DNA of 64,000 bases from contig NMRA01000419.1 of the NCBI GenBank assembly GCA_002633005.1, forward strand, positions 218,770 to 282,769, in the 5' to 3' direction. The translations under genes were made by a program, and so were the position numbers. Shown piece by piece: positions 52,963 through 64,000 of this stretch (within the stretch, counting starts at the first letter, position 1; every line of letters begins with the position of its first letter). The notes under the pieces are model-generated. The model was not told the origin of the DNA. It did no database searches and saw only the letters and a program-made list of their open reading frames with translations. Source of the DNA: Phoronis australis (taxonomy: Eukaryota; Animalia; Phoronida).

Positions 52963-53921
52963 ATACTTTTGTTATGTAAAGTTTGTAATTATTGAATGGA
53001 ATTAATTAATGTTGAGCAGTTTAGAGACGTGATTTTTAGTTTGAAGTAAACACAGTAGTTATCCAAATAAACGGGAGTGTCTACTACTGATACACCAAAC
53101 TGCCAATAGTGCTTATTCATTTTTGTTACACTTCTAGAAACTTTCCATTCTGGCTAATTCTCGAAAAAACTCTACTCCGGGCGTTTTGGCGAAATCGCGA
53201 CAAGACGCCTGATATTTTCATACACAAATAAACAATTGGAGGCTAAACATAGTAATTCCGACTCCAATTCGGCAAAAGTTCTATTTTATTGTGACAACGG
53301 CTCTGCCCGATTGCCAAATAATTTTGGCAACATCTTCGTTGAGTCGGACAGAGTGTGATCGAATTCCATACAGTTTGATTTATTTTGAAATGGGTTGTAT
53401 TGGCAAAGTAGTGTGTGAGGTTAACCTGTGGTATTGTATTGCATTTCATGTTGGGGATGTGTGACATTGTTAATATTTTGACATGTACATGTATTGGCAC
53501 GAATAAATTATCTTTGGGAATTGAAGTCTTGTTATGGTATGGGTCAACCTGGGGAATCATATTGGTGGTAGTTACAAGAGGATGGAAAAGTGTGTACTAA
53601 GCTTAACTTAGCTGATGTATTTGTCAACTTTGTCGTGCTTGTGTTCTTATTCTCAAATCACAAACAGTTCATTTACGGTCTTTGCATTTAGAACTCTTTC
53701 TGAATATAAAATGCGTGCCTGGGGTCACTTGTCGTATCTTGTTCTACGTCATTCCTCAGTTTCCATATTGACTACATGTGAACCAACGAAATCGAAACAT
53801 TCTCCATTTGCGGCGAGTACCCGTGTGGGCTGTCGCCCTCCGCCTTTATATAAACCTTCGTGTGCTTGTTCTTAGTCCGTCACTCTAGCTTTCGGCCGCC
53901 GCGACAGATATCGGCTGCATC

Positions 53922-55503
53922 TCACGCGCTCTCACCTGATCTCTTTCTGCAACAGTCTTCACTTTTGTGCTGATAGACACAGGATACGTCACCAACGGAG
54001 CAAGTCTGAAATAAAAATATGTTATCACAGTTTCTCTTTTATTGTAAGGTCATTAGAATTTAAACAATGTTTACTGTATCCGTCTGTTGTAGCGCACGTC
54101 GTGAAGGAATGCTTCTGGTTTCATTCATCTCGAACGGTGCTGATCCCAAGTGGTCCGAGTATCGAGATCTCAATGGAAATCTGAGCTACCGATCAAATAC
54201 TCTACGTTGATATTGTGCATTCATAGGAACTCACCGACGTCATCACGTCTTTGTCTACCTTTCTAACAATTGTCATCGATGCCTCACCATTTTCGTAGAT
54301 TTCCGTCAGGGTGTTGTCGCTGAATGTCACTGTTGCCTAGAATATGATGAAATCGTCCACGAAACGTAAGCCTGACTATTTTTTCTTAACGAGAAAATCG
54401 GAGGAAGTTTTGACTAATATTTTACGCGTTACATGGTGGATATTCTGTCAATTTCAACGAGTGTTTTTATGCAAATTGGTCATTACCAAATTTTTTGTTA
54501 TTTTGCAATATCTCCGTTTCATGACACTTTTACTTGGTCCGTACGACAAACCCATATTCAAAATAAACCTTGCTGCTTATGAATATTAAAATGCACAGAA
54601 TAGCATTGATTCCTCTACGGATTGCAAAAGCACTAACCATAAGTGCTTGAAGTACGAGTTTGAGTTTTAAATATTCTACATTTGCGTTGACCAAGTTTCT
54701 TTGAAGTTTTCGACGGAAGAACATCACTGTAACCAATTACAAAAGTAACTCTGAACGCCGTTTTCCCTCCTGTTGTCACCTTTCCGATTAATCTCCACGG
54801 CATAGTCACGATGGATGTTGCATCGTACTATAAGTCAGTGTAACAGTGATCAAAACGGAATTCAGAAAATGTATACCAGAGGTACCGTGACGGGAGGTGC
54901 GCAATACTGCGGTAATGAGAAACTGAAAACGTTGTCGACTGACCACACGAAACTCGATTTTACATTTTCATTGGTTTCGGTTTTGCTGAAAAATCTCACC
55001 AAACATAACCCGCTAAAGTAGTACTGAGACTTAGGAGGAGACCTTAGTCATTTCTGGTTGCGAAATGTTGGCCTTTTAAAACGCTGTCTTAAGTTTTATT
55101 TCCGCAGCCTGAATTTATGTACATATATAAGAGTACTCACCCGCTGCCCTTGAGGGGTCACTGTTTCTTTCCCGAGTTCGAAGGTTAGTTGTGGAACAAA
55201 CATGTGAAATGTTTTGTACTTGTTTTTATTACATGCATAGTTTAAGAATGTTACATCGTCAGGCTCCGACATTTTTTTCGCTACAAGCTCATCAGTCACT
55301 GGGCCCTTGTCGGCAAATCCTACAAATTCGAACAGAAAAATTCGTGACTACTGAAAAGATGGAATGTTAACTGCTATGCTATTTGAAAATACAAAGAAAA
55401 ACCTTGCATTCGCTGCTTTCTATTGCCTACCAATTGCTCTGAGAACTTCTTCTTCTTTTCCGTCGACGGAAGAAAATAACCAAGTACCTAGAAAGTGGTC
55501 CAT
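53922..55503 (-). CDS. Divergent fatty-acid-binding protein (FABP/iLBP family), 4 exons, 145 aa as assembled
   Basis: complement(join(53922-54005,54235-54336,55141-55319,55431-55503)); exons 73/179/102/84 nt with phases 1,0,0, the canonical iLBP structure. Protein MDHFLGTWLFSSVDGKEEEVLRAIG..LTFELGKE..TIVRKVDKDVMTSTCSVGDVSCVYQHK..; all introns GT-AG. Confidence 0.85.
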
Positions 55504-55574
55504 TTCAATTTTGTACCTCGGGTATAAGGAAAATGAATTTGTTTTTCTGTATGTATTATAGAAAAAATTGTAAA

Positions 55575-55613
55575 TATGACTTCACACTTGATGACGTAGG
55601 TATTCGTTTTATA
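55575..55613 (-). promoter_or_regulatory. TATA box and Inr-like site of the FABP-like gene
   Basis: TATAAAA on the minus strand at 55607-55613, with a TCATATT Inr-like motif ~30 nt downstream and the ATG ~75 nt beyond that. Confidence 0.5.
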
Positions 55614-57601
55614 AACAATCGGCCTTGATATCCTTTAATTGCCAATTGACAATGTGTTCGAATGTTTACACCTGCTGGGCCTGTCGTGTTGTCATCAAAG
55701 GGACATTTTCGGAGAGAACGTTGCGCGGTTTCGAACCCACAGCCTCAGTGGTTGGAGTCTTACGCTCTCCAGGTTTAGACAAAATTAAATAGAAATGGTT
55801 ACTTTTTATTTAGACCTGAACACGTTACACGCGGTATGCGTTGTATTACATGTATTTTGAACTTAAGGGGGTAGTTATGTGAAATTCAATGTAGAGGGTA
55901 CATAGGGCTGCGAAATCAGGAGAAATATGACAAGAAATAGCATCACCTCGGAACTGAGCTGGAGACGGAACATCGTGTCGGAAACTTAATCGGTATAAAA
56001 ACATGTAGTTTCTCTGGTGAAAAAAGGGTCAAAGGTTAAGATTTACTATATAAGGCCCAGTTAGGGAAATTTATTTTACCATGGTCAGGCTTGAAAGATA
56101 TACATGTACTTTAAGAAGAGTCACAAGAAGAGCCGTGCCCGAGTGCTGTCAAATCAAATGCTTACAGGCAACGTCAGCCCTGGAGTTCTGCGCCTTCTGC
56201 TGTCACGGGGATGGTCTGGGGAGAGGAATAATGCACCAGCATATCCCCAATGATCCTGTCCGTGACAGGTATTACAGGTATTACATGTACTTTATAAGAG
56301 AACATTTTCAGGATCTCTAGAATACAAAGACTGCCTCAAGGGCGGTTTCAAAATCCTCATTTGAAACATATGTACTCGAGTTTCTATTGTCTGCTCCACT
56401 CCTCTCACGTTGGTCAAATGATACGGAAGTTACCGAATTGGTTTCATCGGAGCATCAGTTTCTTAAAAGGACTATTTCAGATCGTCTGGTGCACTTTGCT
56501 GCTCCCGTAGTTCAACCTACATCTAAATTTTCTGAAGCCTCTACATGTATTTCTTAAAAGTTTCACTTCCGATTGTCAAGAAGTCGTCTACGAATCAGTC
56601 GATTTTCACAGAACACACATGTAAATTAGAAAACAGTGGGCACTTACTGGTTTCCCCGACTAAGAAAACAGCCTAAACATTTTGAACAGCCACATCATGC
56701 CGGGCGATACAGCGTAAAAAACTAGAACACTACTTATTATTTAACTGAAGATTTTAATGGTATAATGTCAATTAAAGACCGAAAAATGCATAATTGTGAC
56801 TATTGTGGAGTGGGATCTACTTCTAAAGTTGTTAGCTTTGACTAAACGTACTGTATGAAACAACAAAATCCGTCGCCAATTTTAGCCATTGTTGGCTAGA
56901 CATTGGACTGAGTTGAGGTCAAGGCCGGTGAGTTTGTCCACTAAAATACGCTATACTCTTCCATTTTATCGAAGAAGAGTTTTAGACTGCAACTGCCAAA
57001 ATTGCTGGTTCAATTCCGCGCCCAGGCTGATCTCAAAATTGTCTCGCTCATAACATCCCTTTAAGTTGAAAGACTTGCAACTCAGCCCTCTCCATCAACA
57101 TCTCCTAATAACGACCTTCGAAACAAAATACGGTAACAAATATCCAGTTTGCAACAAACTCTGGAGTTTACTAGGACACCGTTATCCCTGCAGAAATTTT
57201 TTGATTCTAAAGATTGAGACCATGCTCGAAGCACAAAAAAATCCACCCGAGTCAAGCCAACATGTGCGGGCACAAACTAGAGACTTCGCCAAACCTTTGA
57301 CTTCCCATGCGGTCCTAAATTCCAGGTTCCTCTATACCAGAACAAAATTATTCCGAGTGACATGAACTTTGCACCCCCTCCCTGAGCTACGGTGGGTAGG
57401 CCCTAATACATATACGGAAATTTTTCAAAGCAGGCATTGGCCATGTACTTTCTTTACTACAACAAGGAAAATTCACTACAAACAAAGCAGTAACGCACAA
57501 TCGATGATGTAACAGCAACGGGGAAACTTGGGTGGCCAGGCTGGACTTAATAAGCTTTATATTCGTTACATGTAATTTTTCATTCACGCTCAGTTTTTTC
57601 A

Positions 57602-58751
57602 ATGTTTCCGTCGCTTGTGGCTCCACCTGGTATCGGAATGCCATCGCAAATGATACCACAAACGCAATGCTTCCCACCACTGAACACGCCAAGTATGATA
57701 CCTGCGGTGACCATGTTTCCGGCTGGTGTGTATCCACCCGCTCCTATCACGTGCGATCCATTCGTCCTGAACTCGTCAGGTGCCAACCGGATCAGCCAGT
57801 CTTTACTTGATCTGTCAAACTATATACTGCGTGAGTCACGTAAGAAAAGTTCAATGATATAGTCCCTAAGCTCACTCGTAATCAAGTTGGAATGAGCGCA
57901 AATGGCTCCGGCACATTAACAATACAGAATTCTGGTGTTGAAAACGCGTGGGATGGAAACGTGTGCCCTCTAAACAGCGGACTCCCTCTAAATCCCAGTT
58001 CAGGTCGCGGTACAAATCCGCAGAGCCACGCTGCTAAATTACACAAAAGGCCAAAAAATGCTCTGTACTCCGTGACCAAACTCTCGTTTCTGGGACCCGA
58101 GACTGGATGAAGGGATTGGATCTCCGGGTATAGAGCAATTTCAATGCGTGTGTGGAATTTGTCACCATTGGTTCGTGTCCAAGCGCATTGGCGTCTGTAA
58201 GACACTAGGTTTGAAAAGGATCGTCCGGCTGTAATTTAGAGCTGCGGCCTTGGAATCTTCCGTCCATCCCATGAAAATAAAATTGTTGAAATTTTCATGA
58301 AGTTGACTTTGAATGTGATCTTGCATGTATTTGGACGTGTCAGTTCTGAAACAAAAAATCTTAGAATTAGCATGACACACAGTTGGTGAAAATGTTTCCA
58401 TTTTCGGATCAGTCTAATCAGGCCTGTGTATCGATTGTAGCATGGCCTATTTTTGCAGTGCAAGGTACGCGATGTCCATGCCATTCTTTGAGCAACACAA
58501 TGTTTCTGAGCGCAGACGTCGATCCCATTACACCACCACTACCACCACCCGACGTTGGATATTGGAAACCGAACTACACTGGTAATCAAGTCTTGGTCGA
58601 GGTCCCTGTAGCGCCACCACCCTGTAGTCCATGTATTCCGCGAGGAGTCCGTTGCTGCCCTTGTCGTCCAAATCCCGAATGTGTCAGGTCGGCCATCTAT
58701 CAAGAATATACTAAGCCTTCCTCCGCAGGAACATTTCTCACACTTTGGTAA
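57602..58751 (+). CDS. Putative 2-exon Pro/Cys-rich orphan protein (~154 aa; 5' end may be incomplete)
   Basis: join(57602-57830,58516-58751): donor C|GTGAGT and acceptor GCGCAG| are both phase 1 and join two Pro-rich ORFs (MFPSLVAPPGIGMPSQ...; VDPITPPLPPPDVGYWKPNY..PPPCSPCIPRGVRCCPCRP). No family recognised. Confidence 0.45.
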
Positions 58752-59016
58752 AGAGATTCCTACTCGTTTGCTGAACATGAAGTGAGAACTTAAGGTTACT
58801 CGTGCAAAGTTCATGTCACAGTTGCATAAACAAAGGAAAACGTATGTATCCCACGCAACGGGAATTGGCGCTGGGTTTTGGGTGAGGAGAAAGTATGGAA
58901 TTGCAAGTATATTAAACGGAGAAAATGGAAGTAAAAAAGATTCCCCGTCTTGAAAATGGAGCAGTTGAAAAGGGGTTAAACAAAAACGCAAAGTGAGAAA
59001 ATTTTCTAAATTCGTA

Positions 59017-61275
59017 ATGGCACCAAATTCACAAGAGAAACGAGTAAAGAAACCAAAAAAGACTCACAAAAAGCACATCGATCAAAACGCAAGCGATTCG
59101 CCAAACGTAATCGTTTTAAAATTCGCTGACGACCCAGAGCAGAAAATTAGGCCATATGACTCCGAAAGTGAAATGGGTTCGGTTATTGAAAACATTTCTG
59201 ATGAATTTCGTATGGAGAATTCAAAAGAGATACATTCAAAATCAGAACCTTTGATAAGTCGAAGTAAATCATTGCCTAAGAATAACAGCGCATTGCGTCT
59301 GAATGAGATTAATTCGATGAATAAAAAGAAAAAACATAAAAAACACGGCAACAAGGCAGGGCACAAGAAGCGACCAAAAGAAACAAACTCAAACGACAGT
59401 GAGCCGCCACAGATTGCCAAGAAGCCGCACAAGAAAAAACAAGAAAAATCTGTTGTGGAAAAAGCTGGACCAGATGAAAGTAAGCTTCTTTCTATAAATC
59501 AGGATAGACGTTTGTTTCCATGATAGACGAAAACTACTGGAGTTATCAATTTTCATCCACAGGACTTGGCTAAAGGGCGTTCTGTGATGCTCTGTGATGT
59601 TCTGTGAGGCTCATTCCAAGAAAATTTGCTTGTTAGCTAAGACAAATGTTAATTTTCAGTCAATTTTAAGATAAAACTTAAATTCGCCCGTTTTAAGAAA
59701 GACATCTTACGTTTGACTTCAGTTTTTTTACTTAAGTTTTGTCTTGATTTTGACTAATTTACCAGATGTGGATTAGATACAAATTTCGGAGGTTGAGACA
59801 AAGTAAAAACTGAACTTAAGTCAGTTTCTTGAAACGCCGGGGCCCCCGTTTCACTAAAGGATGTACGACGTTACCTTCTTGGTCCTATAACCCTGATACA
59901 CCTTTGGTGACAGATAAAATCAAGGCGTAAACCTACCTGTTTGTTCCACTATAATTTTGACGTCATGGTTACATATAGATTATTACATGGCGAAGTCGGT
60001 ATCCCCCGTTATCTAGAGCCCGAGTCGATGTTGGAGAATTATCGCCCGAGGGGCGTCAGTCCCGAGGGTGATAATTTTTCAATATCCACGAGGGCTATAG
60101 ATAAGGGGGATAACGGCTCGGTTTCCCGCCAAATCGTTTTCTCACTAGTGAGATAACTTTATGGGTTATTACACGGTTGTATCTGCCGTTTGACGCTAAT
60201 ATTGTGGTATAAAAGCTTTTATTGCACAGCGAGAATTCGCCTGAGGTTTGCAAATCCTCATGCTTGTTTTCCAGATATAGAGCCATTCGGAAATTCTCTT
60301 GTGTATTCGTGCAGCCTCAACTTTCCTCGTTGTTTGCACCTGTGCAAAATTCAGTCATGCAGTCAGATTTAAAATTACGTGGCTTGCCGTGCGACTTACT
60401 TAAGTCAGTGCATATACATGCGGAAATAACGCTCACAATCGAAGTTCTATGGACGGAGCATGGCAAACGAACTTATGCTACAAGATGGAGATTTTTCTTA
60501 CTATTTTACTACGTTTGAAAACTTCAAGTGGTCCACTAACCAAAAAACAGTATGAGATGTAAGGTTCAGAAAAACAGCTTTTGTTGTTTTAAGTTGCGGC
60601 GCATGTTAAAGAGGCTACATTGTTACCTCGTGTGAAATAGATCCTTATAGTCCAAAAGTTAGTCGGATATTCACCACTTTATTCTCAATGTATTTCTTAG
60701 GTGAAGAAGATGCATGCAAGTGCTATGCGGCTAACCCATGGGCTGCTTGGCAATACTACTTGTCCAGCATGTGTAACTCAAGAGTCAACGAAGCTTTATG
60801 CCGTCTAACCAGTATACTAAAAAGCAAAAATTGTTGTAACTCAAGACCCCGCCACAGATGTAATGGCAGATGTAATAGTAGATGTAATGGCAGATGTAAT
60901 GCCGGTGCCCATAGTCAGTGCGCTAAGTGCATCCAGTCTAAACCACCGCCACCGCCTACGTTTATTTTCGCTCCCTCTGTGATGCCACCCCCAAGTCCTG
61001 TTGTAATTCCTCCCCCTCCCCCTCCTCCTACGCTGCCTCCCCCCAACGTTTACTGTAACCAACCCTCTGCTATATGTGCCAAGTCACAATATACTCGCCA
61101 CCTCCTGACACAACCCAACGCCGTTCCCGAACTCACACAACGGGTTTTAGCGGCACTGGCGTCTGACTTCATAAGACACATGTACGCTAACATATCTGAT
61201 CCTCGAGAACACGCGCTGCTCACAAGACAGTTACAGAGAAATCTTGGTCACATTCTGATATATGATTGTTTTTAA
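59017..61275 (+). CDS. Putative 2-exon orphan protein (345 aa): Lys/His-rich N-half, Cys-rich RCNG repeats, poly-Pro, helical C-terminus
   Basis: join(59017-59479,60701-61275): donor A|GTAAGC and acceptor TTTCTTAG|GT are both phase 1, linking the 176-aa and 195-aa ORFs; AATAAA ~25 nt after the stop. Confidence 0.6.
60000..60112. mobile_element. ~113-bp imperfect palindrome in the intron, probably part of a non-autonomous DNA element
   Basis: TATCCCCCGTTATCTAGAGCCC..AATTATCGCCCGAGGG / CCCGAGGGTGATAATT..GGGCTATAGATAAGGGGGATA. Confidence 0.55.
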
Positions 61276-61292
61276 ATTCTATTTGCTCCAAG

Positions 61293-61449
61293 TACTGAAA
61301 AATAAAAAATTCAAAATTCTTACTCTAAATGGTCACATTTAATTCTAAAATACTCACAGAGCACCGTCTTTACTGAAAAATAAAAAATTCAAAATTCTTA
61401 CTCTAAATGGTCACATTTAATTCTAAAATACTCACAGAGCACCGTCTTT
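61293..61449. repeat. 78-bp direct tandem duplication containing AATAAA
   Basis: TACTGAAAAATAAAAAATTC... at 61293 and 61371. Confidence 0.92.
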
Positions 61450-63045
61450 GGTCAATAATTGCTTATTTTCATATATGCGGTCGGCTATTTGACGTTTCAG
61501 GTGTGAACTATTTTGATATTTCATCATTGACACATATGTACTTACCTGCCACGTTAGAAAACTGAGTCTGTCCTAACACCTGGGATCGTCTCTCAAATAA
61601 TTTTTTTGGTAAATTATTTGGGTTATCTATATTGTTTTTAATGACTTTGACATTTTGAAAGGCTCGCAGTGTTTGGAAATAACGTTACGTCATTAACAGT
61701 TGGAGAGCATCTTTTCTCTTACCGAACTCAACTTCAGCGGCTACCATTCCTTTACTTTTTGCAGTTTCGAGTAACAAAAATTCAACGTCACTATTTTTAC
61801 CATTCATAAATCAGGAGCAATTCGCAAAAAGGAAGCTAGGCTAAGACTTACCATTCCGGGACCTCAGGTCGAATCTTTTTGTACTGGAAACTCAACTCGA
61901 AAATTGACCAGTTGCTCTCGGCATTCCCATTTGAGTAAACTCACAAAATTAGCTTCGAGTGATGAAGCGTGGTGGACGGTTAATTTTCGGGTCTGAGTGG
62001 GATTTGAGTTATTAGTTTACGGATTAAACCTTACATGGGCCTTGATCTAGGCTACATGTATGTTGTCAATTATCGTCCTGTAACACAGATAACGACCTTA
62101 TTGTGACAGTATCATTTATAAAAACTCTATCTTGGATTTACACCGCCGTACACAAAGGGCGTATACATTGATATATGTATTCCGCAGGTGTTTATACGGA
62201 CATTTACGAATATCACTTCATATTACAATTACAAGTGTACCGTAAACGTCTGTTTCTAGATATCAATTCACCTACACTGCACCACACACTCAAAAATATT
62301 TGATTATTAGACGCATAGATTCAAGGTGCTCGCAGAATATTTCCTTCTGACCTAATTCACCAATGTTTATCATTCTGTACCTTAGTTGAAGACCTGCTTC
62401 TTTCACAAAGCAAAGCTGCAGGAGATTTTGTGATGTCAGCGGTTTCTATGATGGACGTTTGCTTCAATTTTGTGAAGATCCCATAACAGTTAAATGACTA
62501 CAATCATAGCACTATGCCTCATAAATATCTACAAAATAAGATCCCATAAAAGCAAGTTTTCTGAGTTTAAACACTGTGACGAAGTACAGTGATCAGTGGG
62601 TGACCCTACTGACGACACGAGCAGTAAACGCTAGCGGACGGTACGTGTACCTTATTGGAGACGAGTGCTTGAGGAGCCGCTTCCTGTATTCACCAGATTC
62701 CAGCACCAGAGACAGTACCAGGGTAGTAAGTGTATACACTATTCAGTATCTTACAATACATACACTATATACTATGCATGTATAATCATTGGTAAACACT
62801 ATGGAACGGTCTTCTGGTTTATAAATTCACTACAGAGTAAACATTTGTTCATTGAGGAATATTTCGGGTAATTAATTGCTGATAAGATTCGACGGCAATA
62901 GCCTACCATGGGTAAAATCTCTGTTTACACACACAGAACCCTGACATCTTGTTTTCATAAACGAGACGTGCTAGTTTAGTATTCTCGGAAGCACTGCACA
63001 TCACGTTTTAGGAGAACACCAAGATGCAACTATAAATGAGTTGAG

Positions 63046-63151
63046 CCAATGACTAGATGACCCAATGGTTGACAGGTGAATGAACCGGTACTACTTATGA
63101 TACGCGCACGAATATTTACAGGTGCGCAACTCGCCTGGTTACCGTAGTAAA
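63046..63151 (+). promoter_or_regulatory. Beta-tubulin proximal promoter motifs: two CCAAT boxes and an X-box-like site
   Basis: CCAAT at 63046 and 63062; GTTACCGTAGTAAA at 63138-63151, one mismatch to the RFX consensus GTNRCC-N0-3-RGYAAC. Confidence 0.35.
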
Positions 63152-63222
63152 ACTTGCAGTACACAAGAGAAGCCTTGCCGAATTGACGCTTAAAAGGGAC
63201 TTGCAGCAAAGGCCTTGCGAAA

Positions 63223-63279
63223 ATGAGAGAAATTCTCCATCTCCAAGCTGGTCAATGTGGCAATCAGATCGGAGCTAAG
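63223..63279 (+). CDS. TUBB: Beta-tubulin, exon 1 (gene continues right of the window)
   Basis: MREILHLQAGQCGNQIGAK|GTAGTC; 57-nt exon ending at the conserved beta-tubulin intron after codon 19; MREI autoregulatory motif. Confidence 0.95.
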
Positions 63280-64000
63280 GTAGTCTTTGTATTTTCATTA
63301 AAAAATTGTGCGCTAAGCATAATCGTGGAAATTATTTTCACTTTATGAGCTTGATATTGGTAACGAAAAGAAACATCTTTGATGGCTTAAATTCCCAGAC
63401 GAAATTATCGAGATCGAATCTTTTTCAGTCACAAACAATGCAGTAAATGCCGAATGCCGTTTACTTTCAATAGACCTTTGACATAATCTTGTTATGTTTA
63501 ACCGAAGACTCGTGAAACAAAATGTTTGTTTTCTTTATTTTGTTACTGTTTACATTATTCAAGTGTCAATGCACCTTTTCAGTTCTATGCACTGCGTTAG
63601 AGAAGGTATTAATATTTTGCTATGCAAACAAACTTTGGTCAGTAACCACAGCTTGAACATATGTGTACAAATATGACTTTGACTTTACATCGCGCATGGA
63701 AAGTCGAGCGCAAGTTGTTTTTACAAGCAAAGCTTTAGCACTGCATGTCCAGAAATGAACAGAAATTATAAAACGCCAAAAACGCGCTGACGATTCATTG
63801 AAGTTGTCTTATGAAAACCAATGTAAATAATTGTGATTAGAAAATACATCCAAACGATGGAGAATTACGATAGGATCATATGGCCAGATTGATTTTGTTA
63901 TCGTAAACATCTCCATTACACAAACAAACGCCTGGCAACCGTTTATTATTTCCATGGACCTCAATACATCAGTTACGAGTACAGGGAACGAACCAATTGA

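Noticed and set aside
56081-57400. Short ORFs and protein-like stretches upstream of the Pro-rich orphan
   Set aside because: Interrupted by stops, and I could not build a consistent splice chain; they may be UTR or decayed coding sequence.

Overview
AT-rich, intron-containing animal genomic DNA from a draft assembly. It has one 318-N gap and four single-N joins, and the repeat content suggests a mollusc or other lophotrochozoan (inference). Genes reconstructed by hand from splice sites and reading phase: (1) the first coding exon of an ABCC4/MRP4-like transporter on the minus strand, continuing off the left edge; (2) a complete 12-exon, 612-aa GALNT10/pgant6-like polypeptide GalNAc-transferase on the plus strand (25645-48178); (3) a 4-exon, highly divergent FABP-family gene on the minus strand (53922-55503) that the ORF track almost entirely misses; (4) two putative 2-exon orphan genes, one Pro/Cys-rich and one Lys-rich plus Cys/Pro-rich (57602-61275); (5) exon 1 of a beta-tubulin (63223-63279). 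The rest is a decayed CR1-like LINE, five Helentron/HINE-like elements, several MITEs, tRNA-derived SINE pieces and many minisatellites. Several tandem repeats overlap RNA-processing signals (a splice acceptor, a splice donor, a polyA site and a Pol III A-box). Three ~520-530-bp duplications at single Ns, one containing a GALNT exon, look like unmerged haplotypes. No database searches were run, and I see no clear-cut new multi-gene system. The best novelty candidates are the divergent FABP, the orphan gene pair and the repeat/splice-signal overlaps.
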